DNA of 63,010 nucleotides, filler included, from an uncultured bacterium (GTDB lineage: Bacteria > CAYJRR01), in assembly GCA_964372275.1 (NCBI GenBank). It is 12 parts of 12 records of this genome, joined end to end, with 100 filler letters (N's around TTAATTAATTAA, not from the genome) between each part and the next. Parts side by side here need not be neighbours in the genome. Positions count along the whole stretch, not along the records: positions 50,001 to 54,330 come from CAYJRR010000207.1; positions 54,431 to 58,732 come from CAYJRR010000208.1; positions 58,833 to 63,010 come from CAYJRR010000209.1; 9 more parts are not named here. One strand, given 5' to 3'. This document shows positions 50,001 through 63,010 of the stretch, piece after piece. The number at the start of each line of letters is the position of its first letter. Within the stretch, counting starts at the first letter, position 1. A program made the position numbers and the translations under genes. The notes below the pieces were generated by a model. That model was not told where the DNA came from, ran no database searches, and saw only the letters and a program-made list of their open reading frames with translations.

Positions 50001-50890
50001 AGATCATGAACGACGACGGCTCGATGGCCAGGATGCCCGAGCTCGTTCGTTTTGCACGGCACCATGGCCGCGATGCCGGCTTCGTTCCGTCGGGGCGCCG
50101 GACGCGCGCCCCCCGCGGCAAGGTGGCGCTCGCCCCGGCGGGACCGCCCGGGCCGATGCTGATCGTCTCGATCGCCGACCTGATCGCCTATCGACTCCGC
50201 CGCGAGTCGCTGGTTCGCCGGTCGGCCGAAGCGCCGCTCCCCACCACCTTCGGCGGAACGTTTCGGGTGGTCGCGTTCGAGAACCGTCTCGACCGCGCGG
50301 TGCACGTGGCGCTGGTGAAGGGGTCGATCCGGCCGGACCGTCCCACGCTGGTGCGGGTCCACAGCAAGTGCCTCACCGGCGACGTCTTCGGATCGCAGCG
50401 CTGCGATTGCGGCCCGCAGCTCCACCGCTCGCTGGAGAAGATCGACGCGGCGGGAAGCGGCGTTCTGCTCTACCTCGACCAGGAGGGTCGCGGCATTGGC
50501 CTCGTGAACAAGCTCAAGGCCTACGTGCTCCAGGACCAGGGGGAGGACACCGTCACCGCCAACGAGAAGCTCGGGTTCGCGAGCGATCTGCGCGAATACG
50601 GGATCGGCGCCCAGATCCTGCGCGACCTCGGCGTCGGGAAGATGCGCCTGCTGACCAACAATCCGAAGAAGCTGGTCGGGCTCGAGGGGTACGGCTTGGA
50701 GATCGTCGGCCGCGAACCGATCGAGATCGCCCCCAACCCGATGAACGAGGCCTACCTGCGCACGAAGCGGGATAAGATGGGGCACCTGTTGACCGAGCTG
50801 GACAAGGGGAGCCATCGCCCGCGGCGCAAGGCACGGGAGCTGGTGGAGGAGCCCGTCCGGCGGTCCACGGCTCGAGGGAGGACGAAGTAG
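50001..50890 (+). CDS. ribBA: Bifunctional DHBP synthase / GTP cyclohydrolase II, 5' truncated
   Basis: [53 protein letters not shown]. Confidence 0.96.
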
Positions 50891-51360
50891 TGGCCACCGA
50901 GATCGAGGGGGCGCAGACCGCCGGCGGCTTGAAGGTCGCGCTGGCCGTCTCCCGATTCAATTCGTTCGTCACCGACCGCCTGCTGGAGGGGGCGCTCGAC
51001 AGCCTGCGGCGCGCCGGAGCGGCGGAGGAGGACCTGACGGTCGTGAAGGTCCCGGGGGCTTGGGAGCTGCCGATGGCGGTGCGCCGGCTCTGCGCCGCCA
51101 CGAAGAGGCCCGACGCGGTGGTGGCGCTCGGTGCGGTGATCCGCGGCGGAACGCCGCACTTCGAGTTCGTCTCGGCGGAGGCGGTGAAGGGCTGCGCCGC
51201 CGCGTCGGCCGAATCGGGAATTCCGGTGGCGCTGGGGATCCTCACCACCGACACCCTCGAGCAGGCGGTGGAGCGCGCCGGCTTGAAGGGGGGGAACAAA
51301 GGGATCGAGGCGGCGATGGCCGCCGTCGAGATGGCCAATCTGCTGCGAGCCTTGCGCTAG
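50890..51360 (+). CDS. ribH: Lumazine synthase
   Basis: [33 protein letters not shown]. Confidence 0.97.
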   Translation: MATEIEGAQTAGGLKVALAVSRFNSFVTDRLLEGALDSLRRAGAAEEDLTVVKVPGAWELPMAVRRLCAATKRPDAVVALGAVIRGGTPHFEFVSAEAVKGCAAASAESGIPVALGILTTDTLEQAVERAGLKGGNKGIEAAMAAVEMANLLRALR

Positions 51361-51375
51361 GAAGAGGCGATCCCC

Positions 51376-51813
51376 GTGTCCAGCCGCAGCAAAGCCCGAG
51401 AGTACGCGCTGCAGATCCTCTACGAGGTCGACGCCAGCGGAAAGGAGCCCGAGCGGGCCGTCGAAGCGTACTGGGAGAATTTCGAAGCCTCCTCCCGGCC
51501 GCCGGGATCGGCCCCCGACGCGGGCGTGCGCGAGTTCTCGACCCAGCTGGTGCGCGGCGTCGTCGCCCATCGGGAGGAGCTCGACCGGCTGGTCGAGCGC
51601 TGCTCGATCAACTGGCGGCTCGACCGGATGCCGCGGGTCGACCGCAACGTGCTGCGGCTGGCCGCCTTCGAGTTGACGCGCTCCAACGACGTGCCGATGA
51701 AGGTGGTCCTCAACGAGGCGATCGAGCTCGGGAAACGATACGGATCGGAAGAGTCGGGGGCGTTCATCAACGGCATCCTCGACAAGATGGCGGCGGAGGT
51801 CGGCCGAGAGTGA
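51376..51813 (+). CDS. nusB: Antitermination factor NusB
   Basis: R.KARE.ALQ.LY, W.LDRM..VDRNVLR, NEAIEL.K.YG, FINGILD. Confidence 0.96.
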   Translation: MSSRSKAREYALQILYEVDASGKEPERAVEAYWENFEASSRPPGSAPDAGVREFSTQLVRGVVAHREELDRLVERCSINWRLDRMPRVDRNVLRLAAFELTRSNDVPMKVVLNEAIELGKRYGSEESGAFINGILDKMAAEVGRE

Positions 51814-52369
51814 TCCACCTCCGGTTGACCTCCGGCGGCGTCGACCGCAGCCCCTGCGGCACTCTCGTGCTGGGGCTGTTCGCCGGCGAGCGTCCGCCGC
51901 AGGGGGAGACCGGCTGGGCCGACTGGCGGATGGCCGGCCTCCTGTCGCGGTCGATCCTCTCGGGACGCGTCGACGCGACCCCCGGCTCGTCGGTGCTGAT
52001 GCCGCCCGGGAAGCTGCCGGCGGCGCGCGTGCTCGTCCTGGGTCTGGGGACGGCGGGCGACTTCCACGGACGGGAGCTCGCATCGGCCCTCGACCTGGCG
52101 CTCGCCAAGATCCGGGCGCTCCGGGAGCGGGACTTCGCCATCGCCATCCCCGGCACACAGCGTGGGCCCTGGCCGGCGGAGTCGGCCGAGGTCCTGGGCC
52201 GGCACCTGCTCGCGCCGCTCGCCGGCAGCCCCGACGAAGCGTGGGTCACGATCCATGGGCCGGTGGAGCACCTGGGGAACCTGATGGAGTGGATGCGCCG
52301 CGGCGGGCGGGCGATGGCGCGGCAGATCCAGCTGCACGAGGAGCACGATCGCAGCGCGGGGGGGACGGC

Positions 52370-52373
<4 letters not shown>
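51810..52373 (+). CDS. Stand-alone M17 aminopeptidase N-terminal-like domain protein
   Basis: [24 protein letters not shown]; no M17 catalytic domain; overlaps nusB and aspS. Confidence 0.7.
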
Positions 52374-54145
<1,772 letters not shown>

Positions 54146-54147
54146 AA

Positions 54148-54284
<137 letters not shown>

Positions 54285-54430
54285 GGCACGGGCGGCCCTG
54301 AAGCGCGATGTCGTTTTCTCTCCATGACCGNNNNNNNNNNNNNNNNNNNNNNNNNNNNNNNNNNNNNNNNNNNNTTAATTAATTAANNNNNNNNNNNNNN
54401 NNNNNNNNNNNNNNNNNNNNNNNNNNNNNN

Positions 54431-56425
<1,995 letters not shown>

Positions 56426-56436
<11 letters not shown>

Positions 56437-56638
56437 GCGGTCCCGCCGGGGGACGGCCGACGACACGTCGGCGGTGGTCGTCTGTCCCTACTGCTCCGAA
56501 GAGGTCGAGATCTACGTCGACCCCGACACCGCCGGCAGCTTCGTCCAGGACTGCGAGGTCTGCTGCCACCCCTGGCAGCTCTCCGTCGAGCGCGACGAGG
56601 ACGGAGCCCTGCACGTCGGCGTGATGCGGGCACAGTGA
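56426..56638 (+). CDS. CPXCG-type Cys-rich small protein
   Basis: CPYCS...QDCEVCCHPW. Confidence 0.85.
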
Positions 56639-56647
56639 GGCACGCGT

Positions 56648-57682
56648 TCAGAGCGTGCGTTCGCCGGCCCAGTCTTCGAGGAACGCGGCGCGCACCCGGT
56701 CGAGCGACGCGGCGGCCCCGCGCAGGACGGAGAGCTTGGCCAGCGCCGCCTCCACCGTCATGTCGCCGGCGGGGATCGCGCCGGCGTCGACCGCCCGGCG
56801 TCCCCCTTCGTAGAGCGTCGGATCGACGGCGCCGTGCGGGCACTGGCTCGCGAGGACGACGGGAACCCCTCGCGCCGTCGCCGCCTCGATGAACGGCGCG
56901 AACGGCCGTCCCGACGCCGGGACGTTGCCCGAGCCGAACGCCTCCAACACGAACCCGGTCACCCCCGCGTCGAGCAGCCGCGCCGGAACCGACGGATCGA
57001 GTCCGGGCACCAACCGGAACGCGAACAGATCGGGCGAGAAGGTCGGCGGCGCGCCCGGACCGGGTCCGGCCCGGCGCACGTGCGGGCCGCGCTCGATCTC
57101 CACGCCGAGTCGCGCCAGCGGCGGGCAGTTGGGGCTGGTGAAGGCGTCGAAATGGGCGATGTGCATCTTCTTGGCGCGGCAGCCCCGCAACAACTCGGCT
57201 CCGAAAAGAATCGAAACCTCGGGGATCGGGTCGGGCTCCGAGGCCAGCACGCAGGCGGCGATCAGGTTCGACTTGGCGTCCGAACGGATCTCGGCCAGCG
57301 GGCGCTGCGATCCGGTGAGGACGACCGGCTTGTCGATCCCGCGGAACGCGAACGCGAGGAGCGACGCCGTGTAGACCATGGCGTCGGTCCCGTGGATCAC
57401 CACGAAGCCGTCGTAGCGATCCCATCGCTCGTGGAGGAACGCCGCCAGACGCTCCACCTGTTCGGGCTGGAGGTCGCTCGAGTCGAGGTTCATCAGCACT
57501 TCGGCGTCGAGATCGGCGATCCGTCGTAGCTCCGGCACGAACTCGTGCACCGTCGACGCCAGGCGGTCGGGCTTCAGCGGCTCCGGATGGGTTCGCCCTT
57601 CGGGCTTCGTCGGGGAACTCCCCGAGCCCCTGCCAGTCATGCCGAGCGTGCCGCCGGTGTGCACCAGGAGGAGCCGTCGCAT
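56648..57682 (-). CDS. ansA: L-asparaginase type I
   Basis: HTGGTLGM, LDSS, HGTD, VVLTGSQRP, RGCR.KK, FGSGN, DMT.EAA..K. Confidence 0.92.
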   Translation of the reverse strand: MRRLLLVHTGGTLGMTGRGSGSSPTKPEGRTHPEPLKPDRLASTVHEFVPELRRIADLDAEVLMNLDSSDLQPEQVERLAAFLHERWDRYDGFVVIHGTDAMVYTASLLAFAFRGIDKPVVLTGSQRPLAEIRSDAKSNLIAACVLASEPDPIPEVSILFGAELLRGCRAKKMHIAHFDAFTSPNCPPLARLGVEIERGPHVRRAGPGPGAPPTFSPDLFAFRLVPGLDPSVPARLLDAGVTGFVLEAFGSGNVPASGRPFAPFIEAATARGVPVVLASQCPHGAVDPTLYEGGRRAVDAGAIPAGDMTVEAALAKLSVLRGAAASLDRVRAAFLEDWAGERTL

Positions 57683-57910
57683 CGGCCACGGACTCTACTC
57701 GAACCCGGAGAGGACGGGCTGGCGGGACCGATCGCCGCGCAACCGATGCGCCGCGAGCGCTCGATTCGGGAGCTAAAAAGGCTCGCCGGTATGAGGGGTT
57801 AGCGAACGAAAAGCCTTGACGCGCTCCGGCTCGCTTGCGTAGAAAGTCGCCACGCGGAGGCTGCGCGAGGCAGATTCCGCGCGATACGACGTCTTCTCGA
57901 TGGGGGGACC

Positions 57911-58732
57911 ATGAAGGGTTGGGGGCTGGAACTCCGTTTCGCCGTGGTCGCGCTCGCGCTGCTCGCGTTCGCCGGCCGCGCCTTCGCGCAATCGTCGACG
58001 ACCGGCGAGATCCAGGGGACGGTGAAGGATCCGGCGGGGGCGGCGCTCAAAGGCGCGACCGTCGTCGCCACCGGGGCGCAAGGCGCCCGCGCGGCGACGA
58101 CCGACGCCCAGGGGCAGTTCCTGATCGAGTTCCTCCCGCCCGGGGCCTACGACGTCACGGTGACGGCGGAAGGGTTCCTGCCGGTGGCGCAGCGCTCGGT
58201 CCAGGTCCGCCTCGGCGGCCGCGTGACGCTCACCCTCGCGGTGCAACCGATGGCCGAGACCCAGGAGACGGTGACGATCACCGCGACGGCGCCGACCGTC
58301 GACACCTCGAGGACCTCGACCTCGACCAGCATCGGCTCGGACCTGATCGGCTCGATTCCGACCGCGAGAACGTTCACCGGACTCGTCGCGCTCGCCCCCG
58401 GGGTCGTCGACTCCGGTGACCTGGGGCTCGGAAATCCGTCGATCTCGGGGGCCTCGGGGCTCGAGAACCAATACATCGTCAACGGCGTCAACATCACCAA
58501 CCAGGGGTACGGCTCGGTCGGCTCCTATTCGATCGTCTACGGTTCGCTCGGGTCGGGGGTGAACTTCGACTTCATCGACGCGGTGCAGGTGAAGTCGGCC
58601 GGATTCGAGGCGGAGTACGGCGAGGCGCTCGGCGGCATCGTCGCCGTCACCACCAAGCGTGGGGGGAACGAGTTCCACGGATCGCTCTTCGCCAACTGGC
58701 AGCCCGGTCTGCTCGAGTCGACGCGGCGCCGC
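57911..58732 (+). CDS. Oar-like TonB-dependent receptor, 3' truncated
   Basis: Signal peptide, CarboxypepD_reg-like domain (G.I.GTV.D..G), plug (LAPGV, ISGASGLEN.YIVNG, AEYG.A.GG, TKRGGNEFHG). Confidence 0.88.
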
Positions 58733-58832
58733 NNNNNNNNNNNNNNNNNNNNNNNNNNNNNNNNNNNNNNNNNNNNTTAATTAATTAANNNNNNNNNNNN
58801 NNNNNNNNNNNNNNNNNNNNNNNNNNNNNNNN

Positions 58833-60188
58833 CTCCGCCGCCCCCCACCCGGCGGCCGGATCGTAGGCGCGGCGCCAGACGTTTCGCGCGGCGCCGTCGC
58901 TCTGGTGCCACACCACCAGCAGGCCCCCCCCGGGATCGAAGGCGATCGACGGGCCGCCCACGTCCCCCAGCTCCTCGCTCTCGAGCGTGGTCACCGCCCC
59001 GAAACCGCTCGACAGGGTGAACGGCGCGGCGTCGAGATCGAGTCGCGTTCCGTCCGACTGCAACCACGCCACCAGCGCGCTCCCGGCGCCGTCGCCGGCG
59101 ATGACCGGGAAGGTGGCGGCGTTCCCGTTCGTCTCGATCGTCGCCGCGATCTCCCAGGCGGTGCCGTTGTGACCGGCCGCGAGGACGTTGGTCCGCGTCG
59201 CATCGCTCTGGTGCCAGACCGCGACGGCGCGTCCCGCGGTGTCGATCGCGACCCGCGCGCCGTTCGCCGGCTCGTCGCTCGACTCGAGGGTGGTCGCGGT
59301 CCCCCACGCGCCGGCGAACCGGTTGGCGCGGAGGTCGGTGCGCGATCCGTCCGACTGCTCCCAGACGGCGACGGCGATCCCGGCGGGCGAGACCGCCACG
59401 TCGGGGGCGGTGGCGTCGCCCAGGTCCTCCGCCTCGATCGTCGCCGCCGTCTCCCAGGAGGTGCCGTTGAAGCGGTTCGCCCAGAGGTCGAACCGCGTCC
59501 CGTTCGACTGGCTCCAGACGGCGATCGCCCGGCCGCTCGAATCGATCCCGAGCCGCGGCGAAAGCGCGTCGCCGAGGTCGTCGGTCTCGATCGGCGCGGG
59601 CGCCGCCCACCCGGTGGCAGGCAGGTAGCGGTTTGCGATCAAGGTGTAGCGCGTGCCGTCGGACTGGCTCCAGACGGCGTGCAACGAACCGTCGGGCGAG
59701 GCCGCGACCGCGGGCAGGATCGCGGGGCCGAGGTCGACCGCCTCCGCCAGGACCGCCGGCAGCCAGACGCCATCGCGGATCGCGAAGTCGATCCGGTAGG
59801 CGTTGATCATCGCCAGGCCGCTCGCGTCCCGGATCCCGGAGGTGAGGGTCGCGGTGTAGGCGTTCATCACCTTCAGTTCGTCGTCCGGGGTGAAGCTGGC
59901 GGCGAATCCGTCGTAGGCGACCGTCCCGGCGATGGCGTTGCCGTCGGCGTCCTCCAGGAGGAAGGTCTCCTCGTCGATCGTCTCCGGATCGATCGCCTCC
60001 GAGAAGGTCACCTCGATCACCACGTCGGTGGCGATGCCGGTGGCGTTCCGCTCGGGGGTCGTCGACAGGACGTAGGGCGGCGTCTGGTCCCCGCCCTTGC
60101 CGCGCGGGTGGTCGTAGTCCGGGCGGCAGGAGAGGAGGACGAGGGCGCCGCACAAGGCGGCGCCGGAGGCCGTGGAGGTCGATCGCAT
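58833..60188 (-). CDS. Lipoprotein with Big_5 Ig-like domain and ~50-aa propeller repeats, 3' truncated
   Basis: Lipobox LLSC; D.TPP.VLSTTP, VTFSEAIDP; six repeats of P.VA...G.A.AVW.QSDG.R....W. Confidence 0.82.
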
Positions 60189-60286
60189 GGGTGAGGGCGG
60201 ACCCGATGCCGATTATAGGATGCCCCGGCGTGTAACTCCTGCCTCCCGCCGATCGGGCGAATCGCCCGGACGTCGGGGGGATTCCG

Positions 60287-60302
60287 TGGCATTCGCGTTG
60301 CG
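60287..60302 (+). promoter_or_regulatory. Sigma54 promoter
   Basis: TGGCAT-TCGCG-TTGCG in the divergent intergenic region. Confidence 0.65.
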
Positions 60303-60632
60303 GACACGGCCGCACCGGAGCCACGGCGCATGCCCCCCCGCATGCGAACGATCCGATGCCTTCGAGCGGCGGGGGCCTCCTGGCTTCTCGCCGGCGCGGT
60401 GGCGCGCGCCGACTCGACCGGCTCGTTCAGGAGCGGTTCCGCCGGCGATCCGTCCGCGTCGAATGACCGGCGTCCCGGGTCTGTCCGGTGGCGCCATGCG
60501 CAGTTACCACGCGCGCGCGTTCGTCCCGCGGGGGTGCCGAGAAAACCGAAATACAATCGACAAGTTGGAAGCCGACCCGGTCGGCCGTGGTGCGGCACGC
60601 CGATCGCACCTCCTGCGGGCGGGGAGGTTGCC

Positions 60633-62231
60633 ATGGGGCGTGCGTCGGGTGCAGCGGTCGGTCTGGCGATGGCGATGCTCGCCTCGGCGGTGGCGCGCGG
60701 GGAGCCGTGTCTCGACGAGGGTTCGGGTCCATCGATCGGCGCGATCTCGACGGTGCTTCGCGCCGCCGCCGGCACGGCGCTGCGATGCTCGCCGCCGCGC
60801 GTGTCACGCGTCGATCGTGTGCCGCCGAACGTCGTGCTGAGTGGTGCGTCGGCCTACGCGATTTCGCCGGACGGCACGCGCGTGGTGCGGTACCGGATCT
60901 CGGAGACCGGTGTCGCCGAGGATCGCTCGTTCGCGACGCCTTCCGGCACCACCACCTTCGCGGTCATTGGTGACGGCATCGTCGTCGGCCACGGCTCGGC
61001 GGCGACGTTCCTGCCGTCGGGCCGTCGATGGTCGTTGTGGCGTCCGCCGGAGGGGACGCCGCGCGTGGCTCGGTTCGCCACCGACGGCCGCGACCTCTAC
61101 GCGCTGGCCGCGGTCTACCGCCGTGACGCGACCGCGCCCGAGGGGGAGAGCGAGAACGGTCGGATGGTCTACGCGCCCAACGGATTCCGGCTGCCGCTCC
61201 CCGGCTGCGGCGCGGCGAGCCGCATGACCCTCGTCGGCGACTGGAGGGTCGTCACCGGTTGCGAACGGCCGAGCGGCGTTCGGTTCTACAACCGCCGCTG
61301 GGAGCTGGACTCGGTCGTTCCCGACGGCGGCGCGGCGAGCCTCTACCCCTGGGCTCCGAATCGGATCGGGGAGAGGGTCTATCTGCCGTCGGACGAGCCG
61401 CCAGGGATCGTGAGCCACGACCGTGCGACGGGGCGCCGGATGTTCGAGCTGCGACTGCCTCGGACGCCGACCGCGTGGAAGGTCGACGGCGACACGCTCT
61501 TCCTCGGAGACGATTCGACGATCCACGTGGTCGACGCCTCGAATCGATCCGGGCCGCCACGGTGGGTCGAGTCGATCCGCCTCGACGCCGGCTCCGGCTT
61601 CTCCCCTCGCCGGGTGGAGCAGATCGAGCGCGTCGGGGACCGGTTGTTCGCGGTGATCGACGGCGTCGCGGAGACGGCCGACGGTTTCGGACGAGACGAG
61701 CGCCGGCTGGTCACGGTCGATCTCCCCTGGGGCCACCCACGGCCCGACCCGCGATGCACGACGGCGCGCGCCGACTTCGAACGCCGCAGCCGGCTCCTGG
61801 AGCGCGATCGGCGCTCGTGGCGCGCGCGAAGCGACGCCTTCGCGGGACGCCGGTCCGCCTACGAGCGCGCGGTGGAAGGCTGGAACCGGGACCGCGCCCG
61901 GTACCAGACGCGGGCCGACGACCTCACCCGGCGGATCGGCGAGGCGAACGCGCGCGTCGCGGCGATCGAGGCGATGCCTCCGGGTCGATCGCGCGACGAG
62001 GCGGTGCTCGCCTGGAATGCGGCGGCGGAAGCGCTGCGCCGCGAAGGGCAGGCGATGCAGGCCGATGCGGCCGCGCTCCAGGCGCGGGTCGAGCCGCTTC
62101 GGAAGGAGGGCTCGATCCTCGGGGAGGAGGCGCGGCTCCTCGTCGAGCGCGAGGCCGCGCTCCAGGCGGAGCGGTCGGCGCTCGAATCGCTCGCGGCCGC
62201 GCTGGGTCTCCCCGCGCCGGCGTCGAGCTGA
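60633..62231 (+). CDS. Secreted beta-propeller protein with C-terminal coiled coil
   Basis: GGGGAGG SD before ATG 60633, signal peptide, blade-like strands, heptad-rich last ~150 aa; ORF stays open upstream to 60330. Confidence 0.7.
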   Translation: MGRASGAAVGLAMAMLASAVARGEPCLDEGSGPSIGAISTVLRAAAGTALRCSPPRVSRVDRVPPNVVLSGASAYAISPDGTRVVRYRISETGVAEDRSFATPSGTTTFAVIGDGIVVGHGSAATFLPSGRRWSLWRPPEGTPRVARFATDGRDLYALAAVYRRDATAPEGESENGRMVYAPNGFRLPLPGCGAASRMTLVGDWRVVTGCERPSGVRFYNRRWELDSVVPDGGAASLYPWAPNRIGERVYLPSDEPPGIVSHDRATGRRMFELRLPRTPTAWKVDGDTLFLGDDSTIHVVDASNRSGPPRWVESIRLDAGSGFSPRRVEQIERVGDRLFAVIDGVAETADGFGRDERRLVTVDLPWGHPRPDPRCTTARADFERRSRLLERDRRSWRARSDAFAGRRSAYERAVEGWNRDRARYQTRADDLTRRIGEANARVAAIEAMPPGRSRDEAVLAWNAAAEALRREGQAMQADAAALQARVEPLRKEGSILGEEARLLVEREAALQAERSALESLAAALGLPAPASS

Positions 62232-62243
62232 CCGGCGTCGTGG

Positions 62244-62273
62244 TTGCGTGGCTATACGGATGTATCGTATCCT
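62244..62273 (+). promoter_or_regulatory. Promoter with candidate SOS (LexA) box
   Basis: TTGCGT, 18 nt, TATCCT, with dyad ATAC-GGAT-GTAT in the spacer. Confidence 0.5.
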
Positions 62274-62321
62274 GGCGGGACGTCGAGGCCTCTCTCCAAG
62301 GAGGTCCGAACGGCTCTCGCC

Positions 62322-63010
62322 ATGGCCGCCTTCGCCGAGCTCCTGGCCCGGACCAACCACTCCTTCCTCGAGGGGGCGTCGCATCCGGACGAGATCGTCG
62401 CGGCGGCGAAGGCGGAGGGGCTTGTCGCCCTCGGGGTCGCCGACCGCGACGGTCTCTACGGGGTGGTGAAGGCCCACCGCGCGGCGGCGAGCGCCGGGCT
62501 GCCGCTGGTGATCGGGGCACGGATGACGGTGGAGGGGCTGACCGCGCCGCTGGCGCTGCTCGCCGCCGACGCCGCCGGCTACGCGGCCCTTTCGACGCTG
62601 ATCACGCGCGGGCGGATGCGGCGGCCGAAAGGGGAGTGTTCGGTCACGCTGGAGGAGGCGGCGGCGACGGCCGGCGGCTGTTTCGCCATCGCCACCGGTC
62701 TTCCGCGCGAGCGGGGGGCGGCGGCGCGCGAGATCGGCCTGCTTCGCGAACCGTTCGGCGAGCGGCTCTCGATCGCCATCGCCCGGCACCTGACCGACGG
62801 CGACGACGCGCGCGTGGCGGCCGCGGCGGCGCTGGCCCGCGAGACGGGGGTGGCGTTGGTCGCCACCAACGAGCCGTACTTCCACGTGCCGGCCAGGCAG
62901 GCGCTGCACGACGTGCTGACCGCGATCCGCGGGAAGACGACCGTCGCGCTCCTCGGGCGCCGGCGCCTCCCCAACGCCGAGTGGCACGTGAAGGGGCCGG
63001 CCAGATCGGA
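62322..63010 (+). CDS. dnaE2: Error-prone DNA polymerase DnaE2, N-terminal PHP domain (runs off the window; absent from ORF track)
   Basis: AAGGAGG SD; MAAFAELLARTNHSFLEGASHPDE, ALGVADRDGLYGVVKAH, VATNE..FH, LHDVLTAIR, PNAE. Confidence 0.9.
   Translation, partial: MAAFAELLARTNHSFLEGASHPDEIVAAAKAEGLVALGVADRDGLYGVVKAHRAAASAGLPLVIGARMTVEGLTAPLALLAADAAGYAALSTLITRGRMRRPKGECSVTLEEAAATAGGCFAIATGLPRERGAAAREIGLLREPFGERLSIAIARHLTDGDDARVAAAAALARETGVALVATNEPYFHVPARQALHDVLTAIRGKTTVALLGRRRLPNAEWHVKGPARS

Noticed and set aside
58833-59770. ~150-bp periodic similarity
   Set aside because: Protein-level propeller repeats within a CDS, not a DNA element

Overview
The window is not one continuous locus. It is 12 contigs of roughly 4.2-5.8 kb joined by an artificial 100-nt spacer (N44-TTAATTAATTAA-N44), so gene adjacency across spacers means nothing. 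The DNA is very GC-rich (about 70% by eye), and most long ORFs in the supplied track are antisense or off-frame shadows. Gene content suggests a deltaproteobacterial/Myxococcota-like bacterium, probably a metagenome bin (inference from a MYXO-CTERM-like tail, a vWA lipoprotein, an Oar-like TonB receptor and an M17-N protein beside nusB). Housekeeping blocks: tuf-rpmG-tRNA-Trp-secE-nusG-rplKAJL-rpoB; comM and alaS; hutU, hutI, otsAB, mscS; flgGAHIJMNK; pyrCB; murEF-mraY-murD-ftsW; ribBA-ribH-nusB-aspS; thiC-rlmD-asparaginase; dnaE2; tRNA-Gly. I found no CRISPR array, integrase, transposase or known defence system. Best leads: (1) a lipoprotein joining a dockerin-like Ca-binding pair to a caspase/legumain-fold His-Cys protease domain, divergent from a signal-peptide DUF1566/ferredoxin-NADP-reductase fusion; (2) a small protein with four AT-hook-like repeats; (3) long palindromic elements built from short repeats downstream of aspS and alaS, plus an in-frame palindromic insert in ribBA; (4) sigma54-type promoters with enhancer-like palindromes ahead of surface proteins; (5) a MYXO-CTERM protein with an NPP1/Vps62-like motif. 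All family calls come from motif recognition by eye, with no database search.
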